Shown here piece after piece: positions 50,301-59,432 of a DNA stretch of 64,000 nucleotides; position 1 is the first letter of the stretch, and every line of letters starts with the position of its first letter. The notes beneath the pieces are model-generated. The model did no database searches, was not told the origin of the DNA, and worked only from the letters and a program-made list of their open reading frames with translations. The stretch is from an uncultured delta proteobacterium (GTDB lineage: Bacteria; Desulfobacterota; Desulfobacteria; Desulfobacterales; JAHEIW01): NCBI GenBank assembly GCA_963706575.1, contig CAVPNL010000009.1, positions 262,183 to 326,182 on the forward strand. The letters run 5' to 3'. The translations under genes were made by a program, and so were the position numbers.

Positions 50301-50303
50301 GCT

Positions 50304-50446
50304 GAGGGTTCAAAGGTTCAGCGGTTTTAGGTTCGGAAGTAGGGCGGGCCTCTGCGCCCGCCGTTCAGAGGTCGGCACGGAGGCTGACCCTACTTTCGTT
50401 TTTGACATCTGTCTTCTGTTATTTAACCTCTGAACGCTGAACCCTC
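50304..50446. repeat. Family B element: REP-like doublet (core 50336-50396) inside GGTTCA heptamer arms
   Basis: GAAGTAGGGCGGGCCTCTGCGCCCGCC ... CGGCACGGAGGCTGACCCTACTTT; close to the reverse complement of 60528-60690. Confidence 0.75.
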
Positions 50447-50466
50447 TAATAACTTTCGGAGAGCAA

Positions 50467-51684
50467 ATGCCTGCACCATCTAAAACCATCGTTGTCATGG
50501 GAACCATGGACACCAAGGGGCCGGAGCTGGCTTATCTGGCGCAGCAAATCGCATCTGCGGGATGCCGCGCGATTTTAATGGATGTCGGCGCCCATGCCGC
50601 CAGCGATACCGATGCGGACATTACTGCCGCGCAGGTGGCGGCTGCCAACGGTGAAGACATTGAAAAGATCCGGGCACTTCCAAGAGGTGAGGCCGTTGAG
50701 AAAATGGTCGCGGCCGCAGCGGCTTATCTTCAGCACATGGTCCAATCCGGTGAGGCCCATGGCATAATCGGTGTGGGCGGCTCCGGGGGAACGACCATCT
50801 GTGCCGCGGCGATGCGGGTTTTGCCTTACGGCATACCAAAATTTATGGTTTCCACCCTGGCTTCCGGAAATACGCGCTGGCATGTCGATATTGCGGATAT
50901 TGTCATGATTCCCTCTTTGCTGGACATCGGGGGCTTGAATCCCATGCTGGAGATGGTTTTAAACAATGCCGCCCAGGGTATTGCCGGAATGGTAAAGGGT
51001 CATCAGGCCTATCAGCCTTCCGGTAAAAAGGTTATTTCACTGACCATGTACGGTACCACCACCCCCGGTGTCAGTCGCGCCCGACAGGTGGTAGATGATG
51101 CCGGATTCGAAACCTGGGTGTTTCACGCCTCGGGTGTGGGCGGGCGCACCATGGAAAAACTGATGTCCATGGGACGGATTCATGCCGTTATGGATATGAC
51201 GCTGGCTGAGATCGGCGCCCACCTGGTTGGCGGCCTGCATGATGCCGGACCCCACCGCTTGGAGATGGCGGCTCAACAGGGGCTGCCCCAGGTGATCGTC
51301 CCCGGCGCCGCTGATACCATCGTTTTGCCGCCGCGTGATCAGGTCCCGCAAAAGTTTAAAAACCGCACCCTCAATTTCCACAACCCGACCATGACCACCA
51401 TGCGGACCACAGCGGAGGAAAATGTGGCCATTGCCGAGTTTATTGCCGCAAAGCTCAATCCGTCCAAGGGTCCGGTTGTGGTGATGCTTCCTCTGGGGGG
51501 GCTTTCAACCATTGACCGGCCCGGGGAAATATTTTATGACCCGGAGGCCAACGGTGCGCTTTTTGCCACCCTCAAGCTTAAATTATCAAGCGCCATTGAG
51601 GTCATTGAGGACGAACACCATCTGGATGATCCGGAGTTTGCGATCCTCGTGGGGCAGCAGATGGTCAGCTTGTTAAAACGATAA
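50467..51684 (+). CDS. UPF0261 / Tm-1-like ATP-binding domain protein (paralogue 3)
   Basis: MGTMDTKG, GGSGGT, LPYGIPKFMVST, TMYGTTTPG, FHASGVGG, HNP and HHLDDPEFA motifs. Confidence 0.92.
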   Translation: MPAPSKTIVVMGTMDTKGPELAYLAQQIASAGCRAILMDVGAHAASDTDADITAAQVAAANGEDIEKIRALPRGEAVEKMVAAAAAYLQHMVQSGEAHGIIGVGGSGGTTICAAAMRVLPYGIPKFMVSTLASGNTRWHVDIADIVMIPSLLDIGGLNPMLEMVLNNAAQGIAGMVKGHQAYQPSGKKVISLTMYGTTTPGVSRARQVVDDAGFETWVFHASGVGGRTMEKLMSMGRIHAVMDMTLAEIGAHLVGGLHDAGPHRLEMAAQQGLPQVIVPGAADTIVLPPRDQVPQKFKNRTLNFHNPTMTTMRTTAEENVAIAEFIAAKLNPSKGPVVVMLPLGGLSTIDRPGEIFYDPEANGALFATLKLKLSSAIEVIEDEHHLDDPEFAILVGQQMVSLLKR

Positions 51685-51691
51685 ATCTAAT

Positions 51692-51810
51692 TTTTCACCA
51701 CGAAAGCACGGAAAAGTGAAAACACGAAAAAGATTGAAATATTTAAGCGCTTCATTCTAGCAGGATTCCTTTTCCGTGATTCCCGATATTTCGTGTCCTT
51801 CGTGGTAAAA
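51692..51810. repeat. Palindrome of CACGAAA-type tandem units
   Basis: CCACGAAAGCACGGAAAAG...ACACGAAA ... TTTCCGTG...TTTCGTGTCCTTCGTGG. Confidence 0.65.
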
Positions 51811-51845
51811 TAAATTATCTAAAAAAAACGACCAAGGAGGCAAGG

Positions 51846-52682
51846 ATGAAGCAGTACACACGTGAACAAGTCTTAGAAAGACTCAAAGCCAAGCTGGCAA
51901 CCGGCAACATTATCGTTGCTGCGGGAGCCGGCACAGGGATTTCCGCTAAATTCGAAGAAGAAGGCGGAGCCGATCTGATCCTGGTTTTCAATTCCGGCCG
52001 GTACCGCATGCATGGTCTGGGTTCGCTTTCCGGCTGGATGGCTTACGGAAATGCCAATGAGGTTACCCTCGAAATGGGCGAGCGACAGATCCTGCCGATT
52101 GTCAAAGAGGCGCCGGTGATCTGTTCAATCAACGGCACCGATCCTACCATTGTTATGGAAGTGTTCTTAAAAAAGGTCAAAGCGGCGGGTTTTTCGGGGA
52201 TCAATAATTTCCCGACCATCGGTATGATCGATGGGAACTTCAGAGCAGCCCTGGAAGATACCGGCATGGGGTATGATAAGGAAGTAGCGGTAACCGCACT
52301 GGCAAATAAAATGGGCTTCTTTACAACCGCTTATGCTTTCACGGCCGAAGAAGCCCGGCAGATGGCTGAAGCCGGCTGTGACTGCCTGCTGGCCCATGTT
52401 GGTCTTACTGTCGGCGGATCTATCGGTGCGCTTGAAACCATGAGCATCGATGAGGCGGCGGATAAAACCCGCGAAATGGCCGATGCGGCCAGGGCCGCCA
52501 AACCGGATATCATGGTGCTCTGTCACGGCGGGCCCATATCCAGCCCGTCGGACGTAGCCGAAGTACTCAAACGTGTTCCCATTGACGGTTTTGTCGGTGC
52601 CTCCAGCATGGAACGCCTGCCGGTGGAAAAAGGCATCCGCGAAAAGACGGCGGAGTTTGCGGCCATTAAACTAAAACCATAA
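51846..52682 (+). CDS. Phosphoenolpyruvate hydrolase-like / TIM-barrel signal transduction family protein (homologous to the Tm-1 C-terminal domain)
   Basis: GAGTGISAKFEEEGGADL, NSGRYRMHG, YGNAN, GTDP, NFPTIG, HVGLT, LCHGGPI and GASSMERLP motifs. Confidence 0.92.
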   Translation: MKQYTREQVLERLKAKLATGNIIVAAGAGTGISAKFEEEGGADLILVFNSGRYRMHGLGSLSGWMAYGNANEVTLEMGERQILPIVKEAPVICSINGTDPTIVMEVFLKKVKAAGFSGINNFPTIGMIDGNFRAALEDTGMGYDKEVAVTALANKMGFFTTAYAFTAEEARQMAEAGCDCLLAHVGLTVGGSIGALETMSIDEAADKTREMADAARAAKPDIMVLCHGGPISSPSDVAEVLKRVPIDGFVGASSMERLPVEKGIREKTAEFAAIKLKP

Positions 52683-52713
52683 TCGGCACCTCGCGCACAG
52701 TTACCTAAGGTGC

Positions 52714-52759
52714 AAAAAAAATAGCTGGTCGAAGCAAAATCCGCCCAGCTATTTCTTTT
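52714..52759. terminator. Bidirectional intrinsic terminator between convergent genes
   Basis: A-tract, AAATAGCTGG ... CCAGCTATTT stem, then T-tract. Confidence 0.65.
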
Positions 52760-52771
52760 GGATGAAAACGG

Positions 52772-53851
52772 CTACTCTGCGTCGGGTCCGTATTCCTGAC
52801 TTTTTTTCCAGTTCATGCGTTCACGCCAGTCCGGATAAATATAGCGGCTGATGTTGCTGTCGTCCGGGTGGAGGTAACGGGCGCCGGCCAGCAGAACCAC
52901 GGTTTTCATATCGGGTCTGTTTTCTTTGCTCTTGCGGCGCACAATATCCTCCAGATAGGCGGGATCTTCATGGCAATTGCCCCAGTTGTCGTGATGCATG
53001 GGGATGACCACTTTGGCGTTCAGGGCTTCGGAGATGCGCCAGACGTCCCAGGGTGACATTTTGTCGGTGTACCCCGGGGCATTGTTGCCCATGTTCATGG
53101 TGACCACGTCCACACCGTATTTCTCACCGACCATGCGGTAGCCATTGTGGTAAAGAGTGTCTCCCAGAAAGGCGATGTTGCCGCCCTCGGTATTGAAGAT
53201 AAAGCTGACCGCCACTTCCTCAAAGGGAGCCGGGGTCTCAAAACCGGTTTTGGTCGCAATGGTGTCGAAGTTGGGAGCCAGATCGATCTTCATATCTTCA
53301 ATTTGAACGCTCTCGCCGACTTTGGCCACAATCATGCGATCTTGCGGCACGCCCATATTCTTTATCATGCGCCGGGCCGCTTCCGGCGGTGCGATAAATT
53401 TACAATTGGTTGTCTGCAGTGCGGCGGCAATCGTGTAAAAGTCCATATGATCCTGGTGGTGGTGGGTGACGCACACCGCATCCAGGCGTTCAAATTTCCA
53501 GGGGTCGATCACATGCGGGTTGAGACGCATCCAGTGCAATTTTTCAGCACCGCTGGTGCGGCAAACCCCGCAATAGGAATAATCCGTAAAAATACTGGGG
53601 CCGGCATACAAATCAACCGTGAACACCGCTCCGGCCTGGGATTTTAATGCGTATGAGGGGCCGCCGAAATACCACAGGCAGCCGCTGCCGCCGGGGACCT
53701 CAAAGTCGGCAATCTCATAATTGAGAAATGACCCCCATTCCGGAAAAACCTCCCTCAGCCAGATGTCGCGGTTCATCTCCCGCGGCAAACCGATGGTGCC
53801 ACCATCCATGACACCCATTTCGTCATATTTGACGACTTGTTCATCACCCAT
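52772..53851 (-). CDS. ulaG: UlaG-like metallo-beta-lactamase-fold lactonase (L-ascorbate-6-phosphate lactonase family)
   Basis: WLREVFPEWGSFLNYEI N-terminus, HVIDPW, THHHQDHMD, GNNAPGYTDKM and VVIPMHHDNW match UlaG as I recall it; substrate not assured. Confidence 0.8.
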   Translation of the reverse strand: MGDEQVVKYDEMGVMDGGTIGLPREMNRDIWLREVFPEWGSFLNYEIADFEVPGGSGCLWYFGGPSYALKSQAGAVFTVDLYAGPSIFTDYSYCGVCRTSGAEKLHWMRLNPHVIDPWKFERLDAVCVTHHHQDHMDFYTIAAALQTTNCKFIAPPEAARRMIKNMGVPQDRMIVAKVGESVQIEDMKIDLAPNFDTIATKTGFETPAPFEEVAVSFIFNTEGGNIAFLGDTLYHNGYRMVGEKYGVDVVTMNMGNNAPGYTDKMSPWDVWRISEALNAKVVIPMHHDNWGNCHEDPAYLEDIVRRKSKENRPDMKTVVLLAGARYLHPDDSNISRYIYPDWRERMNWKKSQEYGPDAE

Positions 53852-53904
53852 TGTTTTATCCTCCTCTCAATTTAAATTAAAATTGGAGCATTGGAGTAAA
53901 ATTA

Positions 53905-53972
53905 ATTGCGGATTGCAGATTGGAATATCGGGTTAGCTATGTGTTTTAAATCCGCAATCTGCATTCCGAAAT
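53905..53972. repeat. Palindrome of GATTGC/GCAATC heptamer-type units
   Basis: ATTGCGGATTGCAGATTGGAAT ... ATCCGCAATCTGCATTCCGAAAT. Confidence 0.6.
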
Positions 53973-53975
53973 CAT

Positions 53976-55706
53976 TTAATCTTCTAAATAGGCCCCTTTC
54001 ATGGCCGACGCCGCGTGTCGCGCATAGCGTTTCAATACGCCCCTGGTGTGTTTCAGATCCGGCAGCGTCCAATTTTTTTTGCGCTCGGCCAGCCGGGCGT
54101 TGACCTGGTCAGGCGACATTTGCTTCCCGTCACAGCCGATCACGGATAGGTTGCGGTTGGGGATGTCGATGGATATCAGATCTCCGTCGGCTATCAGAGC
54201 AATCGGCCCGCCCCGGCTGGCCTCGGGTGAAACATGACCGATACACGGGCCCCGGGTGGCTCCGGAAAATCTGCCGTCGGTAACGATGGCGGTGTTGCTC
54301 AGGGCCGGAATCGTCACCAAGGCCTCGGTGGTTGCCAGAATTTCAGGCATGCCGCTGCCGCGCGGGCCTTCATATCGCAGGATAATGACCGATCCGGGCT
54401 CAACGCTGCCTTTTAAAATAGCATCCAGCGCATCTTCCTCGCGATTAAAAACTTTGGCCGGTCCTTGATGTGCCAGCATATCGGGCTCAACAGCTGAAAA
54501 TTTAATGACGGCACCTTGCGGTGCCAGATTGCCTTTTAACACTGCAATGGATCCGAAGTCCTTGCTTTTGTCGCGGGCAAGAATCACATCCTCCCGCTTT
54601 AAATGGTAATTGGCCAGATAACCTTCTCCACGCCTGAAGAAGCCGTCCTTTTCTATTTCGGCCAGATTTTCTCCCAGGGTTTTCCCGCTGACCGTCATGA
54701 CGTTTAAATCCAGCATATCGCGCAGCTCAATTTGAACCCGCGGAATCCCGCCGGCATACCAGAAAAGCTCACTTAAATACTTGCCTGATGGTTGAATATT
54801 GCCCAGATAGGGGATTTCGCGGTTGATGCGATCGAACAGCGCTTCGTCTACATCGATTCCAAGCTGATAGGCAATGGCAGGTAAATGGATCAGCGCGTTG
54901 GTCGAACCGGAGATGGCGGCATGAACCCGGATGGCATTTTCAAAGGCCGCGCGGGTTAAAATGTCAGCCGGTTTGATGCCCTTATCAATGAGGGTCATGA
55001 CCTGCTCGCCGGTCCGGCGGGCGGTGCGCCGGATGTCAAATAAGCTTGCCGGCGTCAGGGCGGCGCCCGGCAGCGTCATTCCCAATGCCTCGGACATGCA
55101 CTGCATCGTGCTGGCGGTCCCCATGAACTGACAGGCGCCAAATCCCGGACATGCAGAAAGTTTATAGTCGCGAATTTGTTGGGATACATCCTGTCCCTGG
55201 CGCATCTGGGTTGCGGTCTCACCCACCAGCACACTATGGGACATATGGGGCCCGATACGGTTGCTGCCCCCCGGGATGTGAATGGCCGGAATATTTAAGC
55301 GCGCGGCCGCCATCAGGTGAGCCGGTACGGATTTATCACAGGAGGAAATCAGCACCAGGCCGTCCCAAGGGATAACGCGACCATGCACCTCCACCAGGTC
55401 GCAAAGAATCTCCCGTGAAGGCAGAATGTAATTCATGCCGTCATGCAGCATGGCCCACCCGTCACATAAATCCGTGCCGTGAAAGTTGGCCGGCCTGCCG
55501 CCTTCCTGAAACACACCAATCGAGGCTTCCTCAGCCAGGCCATTTAAATGATAGCTTCCAGGGTGGCTGGCACCAAATACATCTTCGATCAGAATTTGAG
55601 GTTTAGTAAGATCCTTTTCATTCCACCCGGTCCCGCAGGATAGGGCATCGATCTGAATCCATTCGCGCCTGGCTTTCCGACTTCGTTGTTTTTCATGTTC
55701 TGGCAT
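53976..55706 (-). CDS. IlvD/Edd-family dehydratase (probable sugar-acid dehydratase, paralogue 2)
   Basis: LCDG, SCDKSVPAH, CQFMGTASTMQ, SGSTNALIH, GNLAPQG, RYEGPRGSGMPE and [11 protein letters not shown] motifs; true ATG at 55706 after AAAGGA. Confidence 0.92.
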   Translation of the reverse strand: MPEHEKQRSRKARREWIQIDALSCGTGWNEKDLTKPQILIEDVFGASHPGSYHLNGLAEEASIGVFQEGGRPANFHGTDLCDGWAMLHDGMNYILPSREILCDLVEVHGRVIPWDGLVLISSCDKSVPAHLMAAARLNIPAIHIPGGSNRIGPHMSHSVLVGETATQMRQGQDVSQQIRDYKLSACPGFGACQFMGTASTMQCMSEALGMTLPGAALTPASLFDIRRTARRTGEQVMTLIDKGIKPADILTRAAFENAIRVHAAISGSTNALIHLPAIAYQLGIDVDEALFDRINREIPYLGNIQPSGKYLSELFWYAGGIPRVQIELRDMLDLNVMTVSGKTLGENLAEIEKDGFFRRGEGYLANYHLKREDVILARDKSKDFGSIAVLKGNLAPQGAVIKFSAVEPDMLAHQGPAKVFNREEDALDAILKGSVEPGSVIILRYEGPRGSGMPEILATTEALVTIPALSNTAIVTDGRFSGATRGPCIGHVSPEASRGGPIALIADGDLISIDIPNRNLSVIGCDGKQMSPDQVNARLAERKKNWTLPDLKHTRGVLKRYARHAASAMKGAYLED

Positions 55707-55722
55707 GGAGGTTCCTTTGATT

Positions 55723-55811
55723 AAAGGTTCAGGGTTCAGAGGTTCTGAAGTAGGGTCGGCCTCCGTGCCGATCTGTGAACGGCGGGCACAGAGGCCCGCC
55801 CTACTTCTGAA
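55723..55811. repeat. Family B element: REP-like doublet (core 55747-55807)
   Basis: GAAGTAGGGTCGGCCTCCGTGCCG ... GGCGGGCACAGAGGCCCGCCCTACTTC preceded by GGTTCA units. Confidence 0.75.
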
Positions 55812-55880
55812 TTTGAGAGCCTTGAAATAGGACACCGGTTATTTGATCACCGGAATTCTGTATCAAATTTTAACCATCGC

Positions 55881-55954
55881 TGTCAATAGATTTCATAAAA
55901 CATATTTTATGTTTCATGAAACATGTTGACACTGAATTGCTGAAATGGTATTCA
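55881..55954. promoter_or_regulatory. Divergent sigma70-like promoters with tandem GntR-type operator palindromes
   Basis: Perfect ATGTTTCATGAAACAT (55909-55924) and a 13/16 copy at 55888-55903, between reverse TTGACA (55881-55886) and forward TTGACA-N17-TATTCA (55926-55954). Confidence 0.6.
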
Positions 55955-55978
55955 AATGTCTGACTCATCAGCTTCAAC

Positions 55979-56181
55979 TAGAAGTGGTTTCAAAACCTCA
56001 GATCAGGTCCAAGGGCAAGGCGCAGGCCGATCGAGAAAGACGTTGTTCTCAGCATACATGGGGGTATGTGAGCATTTATCGGAGGTCTGTGCTGCACCCT
56101 AATCTATAAAATCAGATGCGAATCCCGTTTGCGGGGCAACGCGGCCATTGGGCCTCAGATGGGGTTTTGAAACCACTTCTA
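55979..56181. mobile_element. MITE-like element, family A copy 5, with a nested 47-nt unit (56090-56136), in the leader of the GntR operon
   Basis: TAGAAGTGGTTTCAAAACC ... GGTTTTGAAACCACTTCTA; same orientation as copy 2. Confidence 0.8.
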
Positions 56182-56195
56182 AAAAGGATGCACCA

Positions 56196-56882
56196 ATGCC
56201 CAGAGCAAAATCAAAAGTTTATCGGGTGGTTAGAACCAATCTCAATGTCCAGGTGTATGATATTTTAAAAGAAATGATCGCCGATCGACGGTTTGCACCG
56301 GGTAGCTCGTTAAATGTCGAAAAACTGACCCAGGAACTCGGGGTCAGTCGTACGCCGATCTGGGAGGCATTTCGAAAGCTTGAGCAGGAAGGAATCGTTG
56401 CCCATACACCGCATAAAGGGGTGCGCCTGATTGAGTTGACCCGCCAGATGGCTTTAGAGCTCTATGAGGTGCGCGAGACAATGGAAGCCATGGCCGCCCG
56501 GCTCGCGGCCGAGCGGGCAACCCCGGAAATCATCGCTCAAATGGAAAAAATTCTGGCCGAGCAAAAGCCGATCGTCAATGGTAAAAACGATGTGGCCTAT
56601 TCCCGCTCGGATCACGATTTCCACCTGCTCATCTATAACGCCTGCGGCAATGATTTGTTAAAAGAGATTCTGGAGGGGCTGCGCTACAAGGCGCTGCCCC
56701 TGGCATTCAAACTATCGCCGCATTACGCTGAATTTTTGGAATTTCACAAAGAGATACTTCAGGCCTTCCGCAAGCACGATCCCAAAGCTGCGGAAAAAGC
56801 GATGAAGCGCCACAATCGCCGCATGCTGGAAATTATCCGGGAGACGCCCTGGGGTGGCGATGGTGAAGAGGAAAACCCATAA
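56196..56882 (+). CDS. GntR (FadR/FCD) family transcriptional regulator
   Basis: ELGVSRTPIWEAFRKLEQEG HTH, LYEVRETME and DHDFHLLI FCD motifs; start at 56196. Confidence 0.93.
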   Translation: MPRAKSKVYRVVRTNLNVQVYDILKEMIADRRFAPGSSLNVEKLTQELGVSRTPIWEAFRKLEQEGIVAHTPHKGVRLIELTRQMALELYEVRETMEAMAARLAAERATPEIIAQMEKILAEQKPIVNGKNDVAYSRSDHDFHLLIYNACGNDLLKEILEGLRYKALPLAFKLSPHYAEFLEFHKEILQAFRKHDPKAAEKAMKRHNRRMLEIIRETPWGGDGEEENP

Positions 56883-58150
56883 TGGCAAATTTAGCACTGA
56901 ATGGCGGCACCGCTGTTAGAACGAAACCCTATCCAGGCTGGCCCCGGGGCGGTGATGAAGAAAAGCAGTGGTTGGATAAAGTCTTAAATAGCGACCGTTG
57001 GTTTGCCGGGCTGCAGGGTGACGATCCTGAGGCGCTCGGGACGCTTTTGGCAAAACGATTTGCCGACCTGCACGGCGCTCGTCATGCCCTGCCGGTATCA
57101 AACGGCAGCACCGCCATTGAGGTGGCCCTGCGGGCGCTGGATATCCGGCCCGGCGATGAAGTCATCGTGCCGCCCTACACCTTTATTTCAACGGTCACGT
57201 CGGTTCTGATGGTGGGCGCCGTGCCGGTGTTTGCTGACATCAACCCCCAAAGCTATTGCCTGGATCCCGATGATGTGCATGGACGGATCGGCCCCAATAC
57301 CCGGGCCATTATGCCCGTTCACCTGGCGGGCCATATGGCCGACATGCCGCGCTTGAAAGAAGTGGCCGACTCAAAAAATCTGGCCTTGATCGAAGATTGT
57401 GCCCAGGCCATTGATGCCGATTTAAATGATAAAAAAGCCGGCACCTGGGGCGATCTGGGGACCTTCAGCTTCCAATCCAATAAAACGCTGACCTGCGGTG
57501 AGGGCGGGCTGATTTTGACCAATGATTCCCGATTGGCCGATAAAGTGGTGGCTCTGCGCGCTTTCGGCCGCTTTCGTGAAAAAGAGGCGGTGCGGTCTTC
57601 GGATTTAACCTGCCAGCAGATATCCAGCAACTACCGTCTGTCTGAATTTCAGTCGGCGGTGCTGCTGGGCCAGCTGGAAAAATTTCCCGGCGATGATGCC
57701 CGGCGGCAGGCCAATGCAAAGCGCCTGACAGAAGGTATTGATCAGATTCCCGGGCTAAACCACATTCGGATCGCCGGGCTGTCTATGAAACACGGGTATT
57801 ATTATTATCTGCTTCAATATGAACCCGAGACCTATGCCAATCTGGATCCGGCAAGGATCTGTCGGGCGCTTAATGCCGAAGGCATTCCGTTTGTGCCGGG
57901 TGATCGCAAGCCGCTGTACACCCATCCGGTCTTTGAGGTGGAAAACTTGAGCAAATATGTCTGCGCCGAGGTTCTGAAACACTATCGGCAGGCGGTGGAT
58001 CTTGAAAATCCCCGCTGTCCCGCCACCGAGGAAGCCTGCAACCGTACGCTGATTCTGCGCCACCAGGTTCTGCTGGGCGAACCCGGCGGCATGGACGATA
58101 TCATAGAGGCCTTATGGAAAGTTTATAAAAATATCGATGAATTACGCTAA
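56882..58150 (+). CDS. DegT/DnrJ/EryC1/StrS PLP aminotransferase (AHBA-synthase / inosose aminotransferase-like)
   Basis: LALNGG N-terminus, SNGSTA, GDEVIVPPYTF, PVHLAG, IEDCAQA, SFQSNK (PLP Lys), GEGG and NYRLSEFQ motifs. Confidence 0.92.
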   Translation: MANLALNGGTAVRTKPYPGWPRGGDEEKQWLDKVLNSDRWFAGLQGDDPEALGTLLAKRFADLHGARHALPVSNGSTAIEVALRALDIRPGDEVIVPPYTFISTVTSVLMVGAVPVFADINPQSYCLDPDDVHGRIGPNTRAIMPVHLAGHMADMPRLKEVADSKNLALIEDCAQAIDADLNDKKAGTWGDLGTFSFQSNKTLTCGEGGLILTNDSRLADKVVALRAFGRFREKEAVRSSDLTCQQISSNYRLSEFQSAVLLGQLEKFPGDDARRQANAKRLTEGIDQIPGLNHIRIAGLSMKHGYYYYLLQYEPETYANLDPARICRALNAEGIPFVPGDRKPLYTHPVFEVENLSKYVCAEVLKHYRQAVDLENPRCPATEEACNRTLILRHQVLLGEPGGMDDIIEALWKVYKNIDELR

Positions 58151-58158
58151 AGGAGAGA

Positions 58159-59430
58159 GTGATGCAAGTAACCTACTTAAAAAAAGCCAAACCGGTTCTG
58201 GAAGAAGATGTCAAAGCCCTGCGCCAGGGGGTTGAAGGGATTATCGATGCGGTTCGCAAAGATGGCGACGGGGCCCTGGCCCATTACGCTAAAACTTTCG
58301 ACGATTTTGAAGGTCCCATGCGGGTGGGCGAGGCTGAATTCGAAGCGGCCAAAAAGGAGCTGCCGGCGGAGATTATCGAAGGACTGGATTTTGCAATTGA
58401 GCGCGTGACCGCTTTTGCCGAATCGCAGCGGTCGCAGATTACAGAGTTTGAACAGGAAATGATTCCCGGCGTCTTCATGGGCCACCGCCTGGTACCGGTT
58501 GATTCCTGCGCAGCGTACGTGCCGGCCGGGCGTTATCCCTGCCTGACCTCTGCCGTGATGTCGCTGGTGCCGGCCAAAGTGGCCGGCGTGCAGCGCCTTG
58601 TGGCCTGTTCTTCGCCGGGAAAAGAAAAGCGGATCAATCCGGCCATCCTGTATACGATGGTGAAGATCGGCGCCGATGAAATTTACTGTCTGGGTGGTGC
58701 CCAGGCGATTGCGGCAATGGCCTATGGGACTCAGACCATTGACCCGGTGGATTTAATCGTGGGTCCCGGCAACCAGTGGGTCATGGAAGCCAAGCGGCAG
58801 GTATTTGGAACCGTGGGCATTGATTTTTTAGCCGGCCCCAGCGAAGTTATGGTGATTGCCGATGAGACCGCGCGGGCGGATTACGTTGCGGCGGATCTTC
58901 TGGCGCAATGCGAACATGACCCCCAGGCGCGCGGGGCGCTGGTTACGACTTCAGAAGAGCTCGGTAATCAGGTGCTGGCGGAAATCGAGCGGCAATTAAA
59001 GGATCTGACCACCGAAGCGGTCGCGCGCCAGTCCTGGGAAGACAAAGGTGATTTGGTGATCGTCGCCAACCTGGAAGACGCCTGTGTCTGGGCCAATGAC
59101 TATGCCCCGGAGCACCTGGAGGTCCACACCAAAGACCCCAGAGCGCTTCTGCCGCTGCTGACATCTTACGGCTCGCTTTTTCTGGGCGAAGCCGCGGCCG
59201 AAGTGTTTGCCGACAAAGTGGCCGGGACCAACCACATTTTGCCCACCGGGCGGGGGGCGCGCTACACCGGCGGGTTGTGGATCGGTCATTTTTTAAAAGT
59301 CATAACCCACCAGTGGGTGGACGAGCGCGGCGTTGACGTGCTGGCGCCCTACTCGGTGCGCCAGGGCGAGTTTGAGACCATGGACGCCCATCGGCGGGCC
59401 GCCCTGATCCGTTTGACCAACGAACTATAA
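58159..59430 (+). CDS. Histidinol dehydrogenase-family paralogue (HpsN-like), probably catabolic
   Basis: YVPAGRYP, GGAQAIAAMAYG, GPGNQWV, AGPSE, AQCEHD and APEHL motifs; YGSLFLGE and DKVAGTNH (DK instead of the HisD DY); no other his genes nearby. Confidence 0.88.
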   Translation: MMQVTYLKKAKPVLEEDVKALRQGVEGIIDAVRKDGDGALAHYAKTFDDFEGPMRVGEAEFEAAKKELPAEIIEGLDFAIERVTAFAESQRSQITEFEQEMIPGVFMGHRLVPVDSCAAYVPAGRYPCLTSAVMSLVPAKVAGVQRLVACSSPGKEKRINPAILYTMVKIGADEIYCLGGAQAIAAMAYGTQTIDPVDLIVGPGNQWVMEAKRQVFGTVGIDFLAGPSEVMVIADETARADYVAADLLAQCEHDPQARGALVTTSEELGNQVLAEIERQLKDLTTEAVARQSWEDKGDLVIVANLEDACVWANDYAPEHLEVHTKDPRALLPLLTSYGSLFLGEAAAEVFADKVAGTNHILPTGRGARYTGGLWIGHFLKVITHQWVDERGVDVLAPYSVRQGEFETMDAHRRAALIRLTNEL

Positions 59431-59432
59431 GG

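Noticed and set aside
47372..55706. Housekeeping ilvD for branched-chain amino-acid synthesis
   Set aside because: Two divergent paralogues with no ilv or leu neighbours, adjacent to lactonase and dehydrogenase genes
55707..55835. N-terminal extension of the IlvD paralogue (similar extensions at 56148, 34687, 23277, 43463, 40920, 8675)
   Set aside because: Extensions run through repeat elements, intergenic DNA or the upstream gene; downstream starts have good RBSs and match family N-termini
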